From: Octopus sinensis
Taxonomy: Eukaryota
DNA: 53,446 bases
Direction of reading: 5' to 3'
NCBI RefSeq assembly: GCF_006345805.1
Contig: NW_021833864.1
Span: 1-53,446 of the forward strand
The stretch's first letter is position 1. Every line of letters begins with the position of its first letter. The notes under the pieces were generated by a model. That model made no database searches and had not been told where the DNA came from. It worked only from the letters and a program-made list of their open reading frames with translations. Made by a program: the position numbers and the translations under genes. Positions 1-12,466 of the stretch are shown piece after piece.

Positions 1-278
1 GGTAACCAGCGATCATCGGGTGCTTCGACCCTGAACCGTGAAACCCTTTCATTGGTAGGTCAGTAGAGTAGGCCAAATCACTACTCATGTCCTTCTGGCT
101 TATAGCTTAACTCCTCTCTCATGCCTCATAACCAGCAAGACGCATTTTCCGCTGCCTCTCCCATCCTGTGCACCGGTCACCCTTCGCATTGTTTCTCTCT
201 TTCTAATAGTTGTAAGCACTCTCCACAACCGATTAGGCAGGGAATTCCCTACACACAACATTGGCTGGGAATAGCCAT

Positions 279-280
279 GA

Positions 281-349
<69 letters not shown>

Positions 350-350
350 A

Positions 351-397
<47 letters not shown>

Positions 398-427
398 CGT
401 CTGTCTGTCTATATATATACATATATA

Positions 428-480
<53 letters not shown>

Positions 481-620
481 GTATATATATATATATATAT
501 ACTTATATATATATACATATATATACATATATATATATATATATACATATATAAATACATATATATATACACATATATACACATAAACACACACACACAC
601 ACATATATATATATATTCAA
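279..620. repeat. Compound microsatellite (TATC)n/(TA)n/(TG)n
   Basis: Direct reading of tandem units; explains ORFs 121..624 and 393..701. Confidence 0.95.
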
Positions 621-981
621 ATAAGCAACAAGGATATCTAAGGTAGTGCTTATTTTTATTATAATCACCCCATTTGATTTATATGGATAATACCATACCA
701 AATTCTGGTGCCTTTAACTTAAGTACCATATTCATCTGAATCTAAATTTTGATGAACTTATATATACATATATATATATATACATATATATATACATATA
801 TGTTCATATTATGTAGATAAGGTTATAATCCAATATGTGTCCTTTGGAAGCACGTCTGCTCATTCCAGTATTCCGAGTTGAATGTAGATTTTATATTTGT
901 GTGAGATATTCATAAGAGCTGAAAAGTACTGGAAAATATTTTTTACTTAAACAGAAGATTAGAAAAAATTGCTATTTCTTA

Positions 982-1082
982 TTCACCATTACACGTGTTT
1001 CATTTGCTAATAGGAGTTATAAAATTGTACATATATAAGAGAAATATATAAGATATCTTCTATTCAATTCTTCAGTAGAGAA
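982..1082 (-). ncRNA. Degenerate type I hammerhead-like motif (Penelope-type)
   Basis: Minus strand: UUCUCUA-CUGAAGA-(weak stem II, long loop)-GAAAC-ACGU-GU-AA-UGGUGAA, with palindromic stem III ACACGUGU. Confidence 0.3.
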
Positions 1083-1142
1083 AATATATGTAGAATAATA
1101 GAATTTATATGATAATTATTAATATGGTACTGAGAATCATAT

Positions 1143-1176
1143 AGAGAATCAAATAATAGGTATTATTTGATTCTCT
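1143..1176. repeat. Perfect 16-bp inverted repeat with 2-nt spacer
   Basis: agagaatcaaataata-gg-tattatttgattctct. Confidence 0.9.
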
Positions 1177-1525
1177 GAAGATTTTGTAATAGATATCTTT
1201 TATGTTTATAACTTTATAACCAGCTGTTCTAGCAAGCGGGGCCTCATATCAGTGAGGGGGGCCGGTGCGCATTGATGCCGTCGAGAGGTAGGCCCCGAGA
1301 CGGCATGCATTCTCTCCTGATGACCCCTTACACTTGCTGGCTTCCGGTATACGGAGCTTTTGACTGGTAGCACTTGCATGTGCAAGTTGTTTGCCAGACA
1401 TCTCCTATACGTACAATTTTACAACACCTATTTTTAATTGAGACACGTGTGATTGTGAGTAAAAATACTAAAAATATTTTTTCCAATCACCTGCTTTGAT
1501 ATATATATGTGTGTGTGTGTGTGTA

Positions 1526-1830
1526 GGCGCAATGGCCCAGTGGTTAGGGCAGCGGACTCGCGGACGTAGGATCGCGGTTTCGATTCCCACACCGGGCGTT
1601 GTGAGTGTTTATTGAGCGAAAACAGCTATAGCTCCACGAATCCCCGACTGAGGGTGGTGGTGATCCCTGCTGTACCCTTTCGCCGCAGCTTTCTCTCACT
1701 CTTTCTTCTGTTGGCCTGCTTGCTTAGCCAGCAGGGTGGCGTCATTTGAAGACTAAAACAATGCGAAGCGCATTGTGACCAGCGATGTGTAGCAACATCT
1801 GATAGCCTGCGGTCAGTGTTGGCGGTGATG
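1526..1830 (+). mobile_element. tRNA-derived SINE, family C (alternative 3' body)
   Basis: Head GGCGCAATGGCCCAGTGGTTAGG (box A) and GGTTTCGATTCCC (box B); first ~190 bp match the copy at 47518-47904. Confidence 0.85.
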
Positions 1831-1846
1831 GATATATATATATATA

Positions 1847-1881
<35 letters not shown>

Positions 1882-2114
1882 ATATATATAAATGAATAAA
1901 GGTCAGGAGAACAGAGATTTGCACATCCAGTTTTATTATACAGTTAGTCACGTCGTTGTTCGTCAAGACTTACGCCACGTTTCCGCTGCCTTTCCAGTGC
2001 ACACCGAGTGACTATTCACTGTGGCTAGCCAGCATTGATAACCGCTAAAAGCGAACAAGGTTTCCGCTAGGATTATTGTATTTCTATAAACCATTTTGGA
2101 TATATATATATGTA

Positions 2115-2167
<53 letters not shown>

Positions 2168-2606
2168 TATCGATACCATCCAGGCCTGCAAGAATGAAAG
2201 GCACAACTGGCTAGAATATAGAGGATAAAAACCCGCAACAAACACTGCCAAGCATTTTCTTCGAGACTCTAACGAATCTGACATTTCACAGCCTTTATGG
2301 TTACTGACTTAGGCACAAGGTTAGCATCATTGTTGGATGAGTGGGGATATTATTTGTCACCATGGAAAGTAGCATTATTTTTCTCAACCCTTGAAGGATT
2401 AAAAGATTAAGTCGATCACGGCGAAGAAACTCTTGCGAAATATATATATACCATTCTGCTTTCTGTTCAGTAATTTAGCATTTGTTACTTAATATATGTC
2501 GCGAATATATTAAAAAATATTTCTAAATTCGTTCGCAAGCTACGTTGATCAAGTCAATTTTCAGAGGAAAGTCTAATTACGCAGGAAACTCAAAGTAATA
2601 CGTATA

Positions 2607-2660
<54 letters not shown>

Positions 2661-2733
2661 AAAGGCGGTATCCCAACTTGTCTGCAGTGCAATAAGGAAA
2701 AAGTAAAAGAATATTATACATGCGCGTGTGACG

Positions 2734-2775
<42 letters not shown>

Positions 2776-3384
2776 TTATGAATATAAAATACATGTAAAC
2801 GAATGTGTGCTAGCGTGCGCGTACCCATATGTGTGTATGAATGGATATCACTCTTTTTGGGTCCTTCTCCATGTCAATACATGGAGAGTTTTTGCCACCG
2901 ATATAAGTATGTCACAAAATGTATTTGTACGTGTGTGTTTGTGAGTGTTTGTATATATATGTATTTGTGTGTCTGTGTGTGCGTGTGTGCTTACGCCATC
3001 GGTTGGATATGGTTATGTGAGAAGTGAGTAGGTACACGTGCACGCGCGTGCTGACACGCGTTGATGCGTTTGAGTACATGTCTGTATAGTGTCCGCGAGT
3101 GTAAATAGAGAGAGATGGGGAGGAAGAGAGAGAATGTGAGAATGTGTAGCGAGAGAGAAGGAGCAATGTTCTCACTGTCTGGCGTAAGTGTGTGTGTGTG
3201 TGTGGTGTGTGTGTGTGTGTAAGAGTCTGCGAGCGTGCGCATGCTTCACTGTATGTGTGTCGATGGTATTGTTCTAATGTGAATGTGGAAGTGTGAGTAC
3301 TTGTACTTCTGACTAGCCGGCGCTTGCTTGTGATCATGTACCCCAACATTTTGGAATTCATATATATATAGATAGATATATATA

Positions 3385-3509
3385 TTTCTTTACTACCCAC
3401 AAGGGGCTAAACATAGAGGGGACAAACAAGGGGATTAAGCCGATTACATCGACCCCAGTGCGTAACTGGTACTTTATTTATCGACCCCGAAAGGATGAAA
3501 GGCAAAGTC
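3385..3509 (-). mobile_element. 5'-truncated SINE family B (Meta-like core) with tail A
   Basis: Minus strand CTTTGCCTTTCATCCTTTCGGGGTCGATAAA...TTTAGCCCCTTGTGGGTAGTAAAGAAATA followed by (TA)n. Confidence 0.85.
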
Positions 3510-3510
3510 A

Positions 3511-3695
3511 GGCCAGGAGTGGCTGTGTGATAAGAAGCTTGATTGCCAATCATATTGTTCCGGGTTCAGTCCCACTGCGTGGCACCTTGGATGCTATAGC
3601 CGACCAAATCCTTGCAAGTGGATTTGGTAGACAGAAAGAGGCCCGTCGTATATATATGTGTGTGTGTGAGTGTGTGTGTGTGTATATTTGTATAT

Positions 3696-3761
<66 letters not shown>

Positions 3762-3970
3762 CACACATATATATATAGTGTGTGTGTGTGTGTTTGCGCC
3801 CCCACCATCGCGTGACAACCGATGCCGGTGCGTTTACGTCCCCGTAACTTAGCGGTTCAAAAGAGACCGATAGAATATGTACTAGGTGTTCAGGGGTCCA
3901 TTTTTCTTCGACTAAAGGCGGTGCTCCAGCATAACCGCAAGTCACATGATTGAAACCAGTAAAATAATAA
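3511..3970 (+). mobile_element. tRNA-derived SINE family A (CORE-like) with internal microsatellite
   Basis: Box A TGGCTGTGTG, box B GGTTCAGTCCC, CCTTGG core, internal (TA)/(TG)n, tail TGATTGAAACCAGTAAAA; about 11 homologous copies in the window. Confidence 0.9.
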
Positions 3971-4053
3971 AATAATATATACACGCATACAATGCTATGT
4001 GAGGGTGTTTAAATGTTTGGATACGTTGATTCTTTCTCTCGTTTGTTTTAGTC

Positions 4054-4089
<36 letters not shown>

Positions 4090-4405
4090 TAGACATACGC
4101 ATATGGCTGTGTGTGATCATGTGCCTTTTAATGTGCCTTTCAGTATCATTGTTAAGTTTGTGTGTGTGTGTGTGTGCGTGTGTGCGTGCGACTATATGTC
4201 AATGAGTGTGTATGTGCGATTGGTCACGTGTCATGCTTGTATGTGAGAGGAAGGCAGCGCAGCATTTGTGGAGGTTATTGGGAGAGCAAGTAGAAAGGAA
4301 GGGAGAGATGTGCAGTGAATGAGTGACAGAAGGAAGGATTGAAGTGAGTGAATTTTGAATGAATTAATGAATTAATGAATGAAGGACAAGTCGACAACCT
4401 GCTTT

Positions 4406-4443
<38 letters not shown>

Positions 4444-4614
4444 TTCCTTCTCTCCGCCACTCTCTCTATCTCTCTCTCCTACCCAAAAATGATTCGATGG
4501 AAGTAGACACGGGCAGTGGTGCTGCTGTTAAAGATGGTGGTAGTAGTAGTGGTGTTGATGATAGTAGCGAAGACAGCGGCGGTCATAGTAACAGTGGTGG
4601 TTTCGTGGTGAGGG

Positions 4615-4720
4615 TGTTGTTGCTGTTGTTATTGTTTGGTCCTAGGTCAAATCCAATCGAGCAGACTTATGATCAAAGACATTCCAATCCTGATTATCCC
4701 GTCTATTTCTTACACGCAAG
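4615..4720 (-). repeat. Old dispersed repeat (family D) 3' end with (CAA)n tail
   Basis: Reverse complement of the GGAATG..TTTGATC..CTGACCTGG..TAAACAACAA motif; degenerate copies also near 5340-5480, 6570-6730, 8380-8525, 8800-9010, 31500-31895. Confidence 0.5.
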
Positions 4721-6893
4721 GAAGCAAGGATCACATCATCTATTCTACACATTTTTTTAAGGTAGCAGCGTGTGTTATTTCCAGCACTTCGAGCGACCAC
4801 GGAGTAGTTTTATGGTTGAGGGTTGTGCTACATATTGAAAGTGAAGCGACTGGAATGAAAGTGGCGGCAGTGAGGGTAAAAGCAGTGGTAATTGCTGTAT
4901 ATGTGGCAGTGGCGAGAATAAAGTTATTGTTGTGGTGGTGTGTGGAGTGGCGGTGGTTGTGCTGAGCGATGTAGTGATGCAGTGAAATGAATAGAGATGT
5001 AAAACGGAAGTAGCGGAAGAATTACAATAGCGAATTGAGCAGTAGCAACAATGTTGTTTGCTGGGACCTTTATCCGTCGCCTCACTCTTCACCTTACTCT
5101 TCGCCTTACTCTTCGCTTTCCTGGATTCATCGACTGGAGGACGAGGGGGAGAGTGAAAGACAAAATAATACACAAGGCTAACAAAATCAAACGAAAGATA
5201 CTTATCGTCTTGCGTAGTTCTGTCTGGGTACTGCCCGGCTACAAACCACCGCCAACAAATTTACCAATGACATGCCAAGAAAAGAGGGAACCGGAAGCCA
5301 CTACATAGACACGCGAGCAGCTAGACATAACAGTCAAAATTTCCCTCATATCATACTATTAAAAAAGGACATATTTGAGACGATGTAGACTTTGATATAA
5401 AAAAAAATTAGAGTGGCCACATTTAGTGCGGTCTGTCCGATTAAAGTTGATCTGGGTACTTAGAAACAACAATGTGGATGGCTTTGCAACGCTATAACTC
5501 CTCGAATAGCATTATACTGCTATTGGTATCCTGCTGAATGGTATCCTGCTGAGTTAAAATCAGGATTATTAATCAGGATATTTACCAGGGAAAGCCTTTG
5601 GTCAATGCTCCGCTCGATAACAGCGTTGAGCAGGCGCTAAATATCATCATCATCATCATCATCTATGACCATAATCTCTTGCGCCGATGCAGGGACACAA
5701 TGAAATCGGCTGTTTTGCTCCACAAATTTGTTTCTAATGTAGTTGCTATGTTATTGGTACAATTTTTTCTTATTATTTGGTCCAGAGGTAGTGATTGTTC
5801 TTATGGTATACGCTGTCCTACAATTCCGGGAAGATTAATGCCGTTAATGTTGCACTTTTTCAACCAGATGATGGCACAAAACCCATGTCTAGGGCGGGAG
5901 TTACAGAAGGCTACACTAACAGGGAACGGTCGACAAATGCTATAATATCATATTTGGTAGGCGTGAGCTCAAATTCTCAATGTTAGTTTATGTAGGGATG
6001 GAGAATATTTGAAATACCACCTCTAGAACATTAACCGACTCCTTTGCTGTTTAGTCCGAAGTTAGTACTGATATATACGAGCTCCTTATTTCATTGCCAA
6101 TGAAGAAATGAAAAGAAAACTATAATAGGATCTGAACTCAGAGTCCAGAATTCCAACAAAAATGTACAAGTAACTCTGATAAATTTTGTTGGACTCTTAA
6201 CCTTTTTGCCAGCCCTACCAATCTGGAGCAATTAACAATAACCATGAGACCCTGCGAAAGAACCTATTCCTAAGAGCTACATATGCAAGCAAAAAAAAAA
6301 AAAACACAGGACAGTTATGGTTGGCAGGCTTCCGTCTATTAATCTTCTCAGTTAAGGTTGATATAGGAAAATCAACTACTATATTAGCCATGAGCTTAAC
6401 CCGTTAGGAATAGTAGACAAACCTCTCTAAGATTATACCTTTTCACCACGAGAAGGTTACATTAGCCAATGTTGTCCTACAAAAAATTGGGATGGTTATG
6501 GTTGGATCTAGGGCTACACTACCACTACTACAACAACGACAATAAGCAGCAGCAACAGCAAAACTGTGGCTTGTTAGAAATAACAGTCCAATCTCTCAGA
6601 AATCACATGTTATCACCTTGAAAAGTTAAGGACAATGGATAATTCACAATAGCTGAATGGTAACGGGTTGAATGCCTTTCGTTGGAGATCTACGAAACCG
6701 GAGATGTCGTAATGCTAAACAACAACAGCAGTACTTCTATAACCTTAACAATAAGCTTAACCCCTTCCCCCAGTCTGTAACCATTCACACTATCAACCAG
6801 AGTTGGGCATCTTAACAGTTAGTCTCAGTTACATTCGAAAGACATGGGTCGAGTTGAAGCGACGGGGAAAAATACTTGCCTAGATGCACTAGA

Positions 6894-7273
6894 CTCTTTT
6901 ACTTGTTTCAGTCATTTGACTGTAGCCATGCCGGGGCACCGCCTTTAGTCGAGCAAATCGACCCCAGATTTATTCTTTGTAAACCTAGTACTTATTTTAT
7001 CGGTCTCTTTTGTTTACGGAGACGGAAACACACCAGCATCGGTTGTCAAGCGATGTTGGTGGGGATAAACACAGGCACACACATACATATATATATATAC
7101 ATATATACGACGGGTTTCTTTCAGTTTCCGTCTACCAAATCCACTCACAAGGCTTTGGTTGGCCCGAGGCTACAGTAGAAGACACTAGCCCAAGGTGCCA
7201 CGCAGTGGGACTGAACCCGGAGTCATGTGGTTGGCAAGCAAGCTACTTGCCCCACAGCCACTCATACGCCTAT
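6894..7273 (-). mobile_element. SINE family A, full length
   Basis: Colinear with the reverse complement of 3511-3970; tRNA head at 7200-7273. Confidence 0.9.
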
Positions 7274-7454
7274 AACTAGAGTTGATTATATATATACTTT
7301 TCTCGGTGGATTGTGTGCTCATTTCTCTTTTTGCTATCTGTGGTTTTATTTTTGATCTTCTATATAAACGAAGATATTTCCTCTGTCTTGGCTGCTTTTC
7401 TTTCTATAAAACAGGAAGTTACATTGTGGAACAGTTATTTTAACGACTTGCATT

Positions 7455-7570
7455 TATTCATCACACGTCGGGATACATCTGCACCACCGGATGCTCCTGA
7501 ACCAGTTGTTGAATGTCCGAGCCATGAGGAATCGATGGTAGATGTGTCGAAACAATTGTCGTGATTAATA
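7455..7570 (+). ncRNA. Hammerhead-like fold with non-canonical core
   Basis: Stem I TATT-c-ATCAC/GTGAT-t-AATA, 7-nt core ACGTCGG, 8-bp stem II GATACATC/GATGTGTC, then GAAAC-AATT-GTC. Confidence 0.45.
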
Positions 7571-7696
7571 ATAAATTCTTGTATATTCCATCTTCTGTCA
7601 TTTGCCATATATATATATATATATATATATACATACATGCGTACATACATAAATACATACATACATACATACATACATACAAACATACATACATAC

Positions 7697-7794
<98 letters not shown>

Positions 7795-7929
7795 ATATAT
7801 ATATATATATATATCAGATGGTGACAGCTAGAACTTTGCTGACCATAAGTCTGCACAATTAAAACTACACCTAGGTTTAAGTAACGAGTACAACAAAATC
7901 AGCAGCAATTTCAAACACTAATGTTGGTT

Positions 7930-8135
7930 TGAAATTTTGGCACAAGGTCAACAATTTCGGAGAAGTCAATAACCTTGACCCCAGTGTTCAACTGGTACTT
8001 ATTTCATCGACGCCGAAAGGATGAAAGGCAAAGTCGACCCCGCGATATTGGGACTTAGATTGTAAAGGCGGAAGAAATGCCACTAAGCATTTTTTCCGGT
8101 GCGATAACGATTCTGTCAGCCCATCGCCTTATTTC
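7930..8135 (-). mobile_element. Degenerate SINE family B with tail B
   Basis: Meta-like core (atcgacgccgaaaggatgaaaggcaaagtcgac) and tail ttggcacaagg in reverse. Confidence 0.7.
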
Positions 8136-8548
8136 GAACATTAATTTTGATGTGGTACAACCACTACACAGCACTTTTAAAGTAATATAACAACAATCTA
8201 CCACCACCGCCGCCGCCGCCGCCACTACCTGTAAAGGTAGTGGGCGCGGCGTTATCACCATCATCATCTCAACCACAAAAATCATCATCATCATCAGTAA
8301 CAACATCAACGGCAACAACAAACTGGAGTTAACGATGGAGATTGTACGTGGCCGTTTCGACCTGTTAGTAATAATAGCCAAATCTCGCCGAAAAAGAAAC
8401 CTTATGTCTTTAACAAAGGATAATGCAGTCTTTGATATATTATACCTGAAAAGCCAAGATAGATTCGCATGGTTACGGCTACGATAAGTCAGCTCGAGCA
8501 GAGATAGACAAGGGGCTAAATTAATATTAGTAATTATCTCTACCGTTA

Positions 8549-8631
<83 letters not shown>

Positions 8632-9578
8632 AACAACAAACAACTACAATTAAAACTACAACTACTACCGTTACTCCAACCTTTCCCCCAGCTATGTATT
8701 ATCACTTTACTTTTCACACTCACTATCATTACCATCGAAGCGAATACCTTCACTTCTACCGCTAGTAATATAATGCTATCCCAACCGAAACGGCGTCGCT
8801 TGACCCGCATAAAATAGCAAACAAATCTCCCTTAAATTGTACTACGTTAATAAAAGAGGACACTGTAGCTTACTGTCATCACAAATAATACAATACCAGA
8901 AAAAAATATATTTAAAAAAAAAAAAGCTAGCTTTCAAAATCGGAATGCCTTTGATCGTTGCCTGTCAATCAGGTTTCACCAGGTGCTAAACAACAATAAA
9001 AATAACGTCAACAAAAAAACATTGCCATAGCAAAACTATTACAATCACCCACCCTGCTTCTACTGTTGTCGACACCGCTATGATCACAGTTCGGTGATCG
9101 TAATCATTATTGCTACAACAGTTACAATTGCTGCTGTCATTAATTTTATGATCCTATCCAACTTTCTAATTATCTTCTTGTTCCACTTCCAGCACTTGTT
9201 TAGTACTACCAATACAACCGCTATTATAATTAGTATCCTTGCCATGACCACTACTGTTACACTGGTTTATTACTTTGTTGTAAAGTCGATTTTTAAAAGC
9301 GGTGAATTGCTTATTTCATCAACTTCAATACGTTACTGATATACATCGACTCAAGAACACAGAAAAGGAAAAGAGATGAACACAGCAGAATTTGAACTGG
9401 GAATTGATACTAGAGACTTTGATATATTTTATGCGACTATCAGCAATATCGACTACTTTCAACGGCCCATGACAAGGAAGTTTCTGTATGCTCAGCCTGA
9501 CAGAAACTGCAACCAGATCTCCCCCAAATGACCCTCTGCTGTCATAAATAGGCCTATTGGATAATATAGTCTTACAAA

Positions 9579-10802
9579 TGTGAGGGTGGTAGGAAAAGTT
9601 CAGAGACTGACTATGAAGGGGTGATCCTAGATTAGTGAAATCTTGTATGCATTAATTTAATCTCTTCTCATTCGCAACTACATTCTTTCTTTCTTTCCAG
9701 GTAAACTGACATCTAACTGTTGAAAGACTTCAAAAGTTACTCGTAGTGACTTCTCTTGAAAATGAGCAAAATTTGGCATCGTGGTGTTATCAAGTACCTG
9801 CAGAAAACGGGTTTCGCCTCCAAGCCCCAAGGACATTCATGCTGACAAGGTTGCTATATTAGGAGACGACGCTACACTTTTATCCACAGTGTAAAAGTGG
9901 ACAACTGAATTTGGGAAGGGAGAGTCTTGAAGATGACCCAAGATCTGAACATCCTGCAACTGCCACCAACGAAAAAAACATTGATCGTGTTCACTACATG
10001 GTGGATGACAGCGATTGGCTATAAATCAAATAGCCAATGTTGTAAGCACATCCCGTGACAGAGTAAAGAATATTCTACACAATGAATATGGAATGACGAA
10101 GGTTTCTGCTCGGTGGGTGCCATGTCTTCTGACACCTGATCGAAAGCACACCAAGCTGATCACATCACAGGGAAATTTGACATTGTCTGAGGCAGATCCA
10201 GTTGGTTTCCTTGAATGTTTCCTAACTCAGGCTTCAAAGAGACAATTTATGCAGTATAAACACCCCTCTTCGCCTGCTCAAAAAAAGGTCGTTTCATCTG
10301 CAGGGAATGTGATGACCTCAGTGTTTTGGGATGCAAAAGGTATTGCATTAATTCACTATCTTCAAAAGTGCCGTCTCATATTTGGAAAATGCTAAGCCAA
10401 CTTACTGAGGCAGATACGAAAGACTCTCGAGACCGAATGCCCAGGAAAACTGACGAAATGGGTCTTGTTTCATTCAGACAATGTTCCAGCACACAAGCCC
10501 TTGGATTCAATGGCTGTTGTGCGTGACTGTGACTTGTTGATCATTCTGCCTACTCTCCTGATTTGGCCCCTTCTAGCCATCATCTATTTCTCAACATGAA
10601 AAACACTTGACTGGGAACCAGTATCGCAATGATGATGACGTCTTATCTACAGTTGATGACTTTTTTCTAACCAACAGAATGATAGCGTCTTCATCAATGG
10701 GATCCAAGCACAGCAACACCAATGTTTAAAAATTGACCTCATTTTGTCACATTCCATGAAAGTACCATGGTCAGCCTATGAACTTTTCAGCAGACCCTTA
10801 TA
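9579..10802 (+). mobile_element. mariner (DD34D-type) transposon, near full length, decayed
   Basis: ~32-bp TIRs at 9581-9612 and 10769-10800 (gagggtggtaggaaaagttcagagactgac vs taagggtctgctgaaaagttcataggctgacc); TA at the right end. Confidence 0.9.
9762..10720 (+). pseudogene. mariner transposase pseudogene
   Basis: MSKIWHRGVIKY..., KVSARWVPCLLT, VFWDAKG, FHSDN, (Y)SPDLAPS in shifting frames; stops, frameshifts and an internal deletion at the first catalytic D region. Confidence 0.9.
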
Positions 10803-10999
10803 CACCTGAAAGGTTGGGATGATCGTGGATACAATGCTTTAATCACAGGACTGCTGGATCAAGTTTTATCTTGGATTAAACACCAACTGTTTTCTGTCAT
10901 AAAGATTTATTATACTAGACATGGGACAAGGGACTTTCAGCGGGTGGGTTTAAATAAGCAATGTAAGCAAACTGATAGTATATTATTCCCCTCTACAGT

Positions 11000-11550
11000 A
11001 AACCAACAGAGCAGAAAGTCGAGTAATATTTGTTATTGAAGAAAGGGTTCACCATGCTTCAAAAAGCCATAGAGGGTGGGATAAGAAAGACAAAGAATAT
11101 TTATAATATTACCATAACTATGGTAGGGTATGAAAACATTTGGCATCATGCCGTTGATTCTGCTAGTAATATTTTCAGGCTTCTTAACTACCTTCAGTTA
11201 AACCCAGTCATAAAGCCATATTTATTAGTACAACAGTGCTTACAGTGTTTATGTTACTGCAAACGCAAAATCTTCAAAAAGAAACAAAGCTAAATTTAAA
11301 GCAAGATCTTGATAGACAAGATAGACTTTGCAACGTTAGTATCTTACAATGTGTTCCGCCTTCTGGACTGAAGAATATTGCGTTAAGGGTCTTAGAACAC
11401 AACCACCAAGTTACAGTGCAACGTAACAGAAAATTTAAACATGTAGGGTTTATTAAACAACTTAATCCTTCAACAAAATGTCCTATTTTTGTCTTTAACA
11501 GGACGTGTAGGCCCTTACACAACCGAACCATATTCCTTTCTTTTCTCCTC
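11000..11550 (+). pseudogene. Possible RTE-like LINE RT C-terminal remnant
   Basis: ASNIFRLL...FISTTVLTV...YC...KETKLN...RKFKHVG resembles the RTE pattern STVL.VLLYGCETW...RR.F.GH; heavily degenerate. Confidence 0.4.
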
Positions 11551-11922
11551 TGGTCTATATAGTGTAAGTGGTGTGATGTAATAATGCTATAATATAGAAA
11601 TATCATCACAGACGTAGACAGAAAGTGTAAAGAGGAATTTCTGAGCTGAATCGCAGAGAATTACGAACTCGTCATCGAGTGTGGCGAAAAGCAGTTCGGT
11701 AGTAAATTCAAAAGTATTTCACAAGTTGAAGAATATGTAAAATTGAACAATAGAAGGCTTTCTGCTTACTTCAGCAGCATTGAAGAAATTATTGTGCTGC
11801 CCTAGTAGAACGTTCCTCATTTTCCAAAATATTAATCTGCCTGTTTGCCTGTCTGTCTGTCTTTCTGTCTCTCTCCCTCTCTCTCACGCACACACATGTA
11901 TATATATATATATTATATATAT

Positions 11923-11975
<53 letters not shown>

Positions 11976-12083
11976 ATATTTCGGAATGGTCATTTTGCCA
12001 GTTTGGCCAATAAAAACACACGCACTATATATTTGGTGTTACTTTGCTTCAGTGTTATTTTTTTTTACATTAATCTTAATCTT

Positions 12084-12133
12084 ATTTCGGCCTGAGTTAT
12101 TTCGTCACACTCCTGTGACCGCATCAGTGGTCC
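12084..12133 (-). ncRNA. Hammerhead-like motif (CUGAUGC variant)
   Basis: Minus strand GGACCA-CUGAUGC-GGUCAC-AGGAGU-GUGAC-GAAA-UAACUCA-GGCC-GAAAU; no convincing stem I partner. Confidence 0.25.
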
Positions 12134-12466
12134 TTTGTTTTCTTCTTACTTATTTGTGTCTCTCCTTACTAACCGTCAGCCATTTTGTATTTCTATTTTA
12201 TGTCTTCATTTGCGCATGCTTATATCTCTATGTGCGTTTATGTTTATTTAGTGTGTGTATGTGGGGGATGCCTGTAATATTTGTATCTTTTGTTTATATA
12301 TGTTCATGTAATTTGTAATTTTATATGTTCATGTAATTTGTATTTTGTATTTTGTTTTTTCTTTTTTGTTTTTGTTTATTCTTATTTTGTTCATGTGTTT
12401 ATATCCACCCATTATCATCATTACATATGCTTGTATGTATGTATAACAACAATACTAGTAATAATA

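Noticed and set aside
1238-1310. HDV-like ribozyme
   Set aside because: P1 is present, but there is no room for P3/P4 with the observed second stem, the L3 consensus is poorly matched, and there is no J4/2 cytosine plus P2 3' strand.
5858-5960. Plus-strand exon candidates (here, 31211 onward and 38000-38036)
   Set aside because: Splice-like signals are common in such AT-rich DNA; no recognisable protein and no phase-compatible chain.
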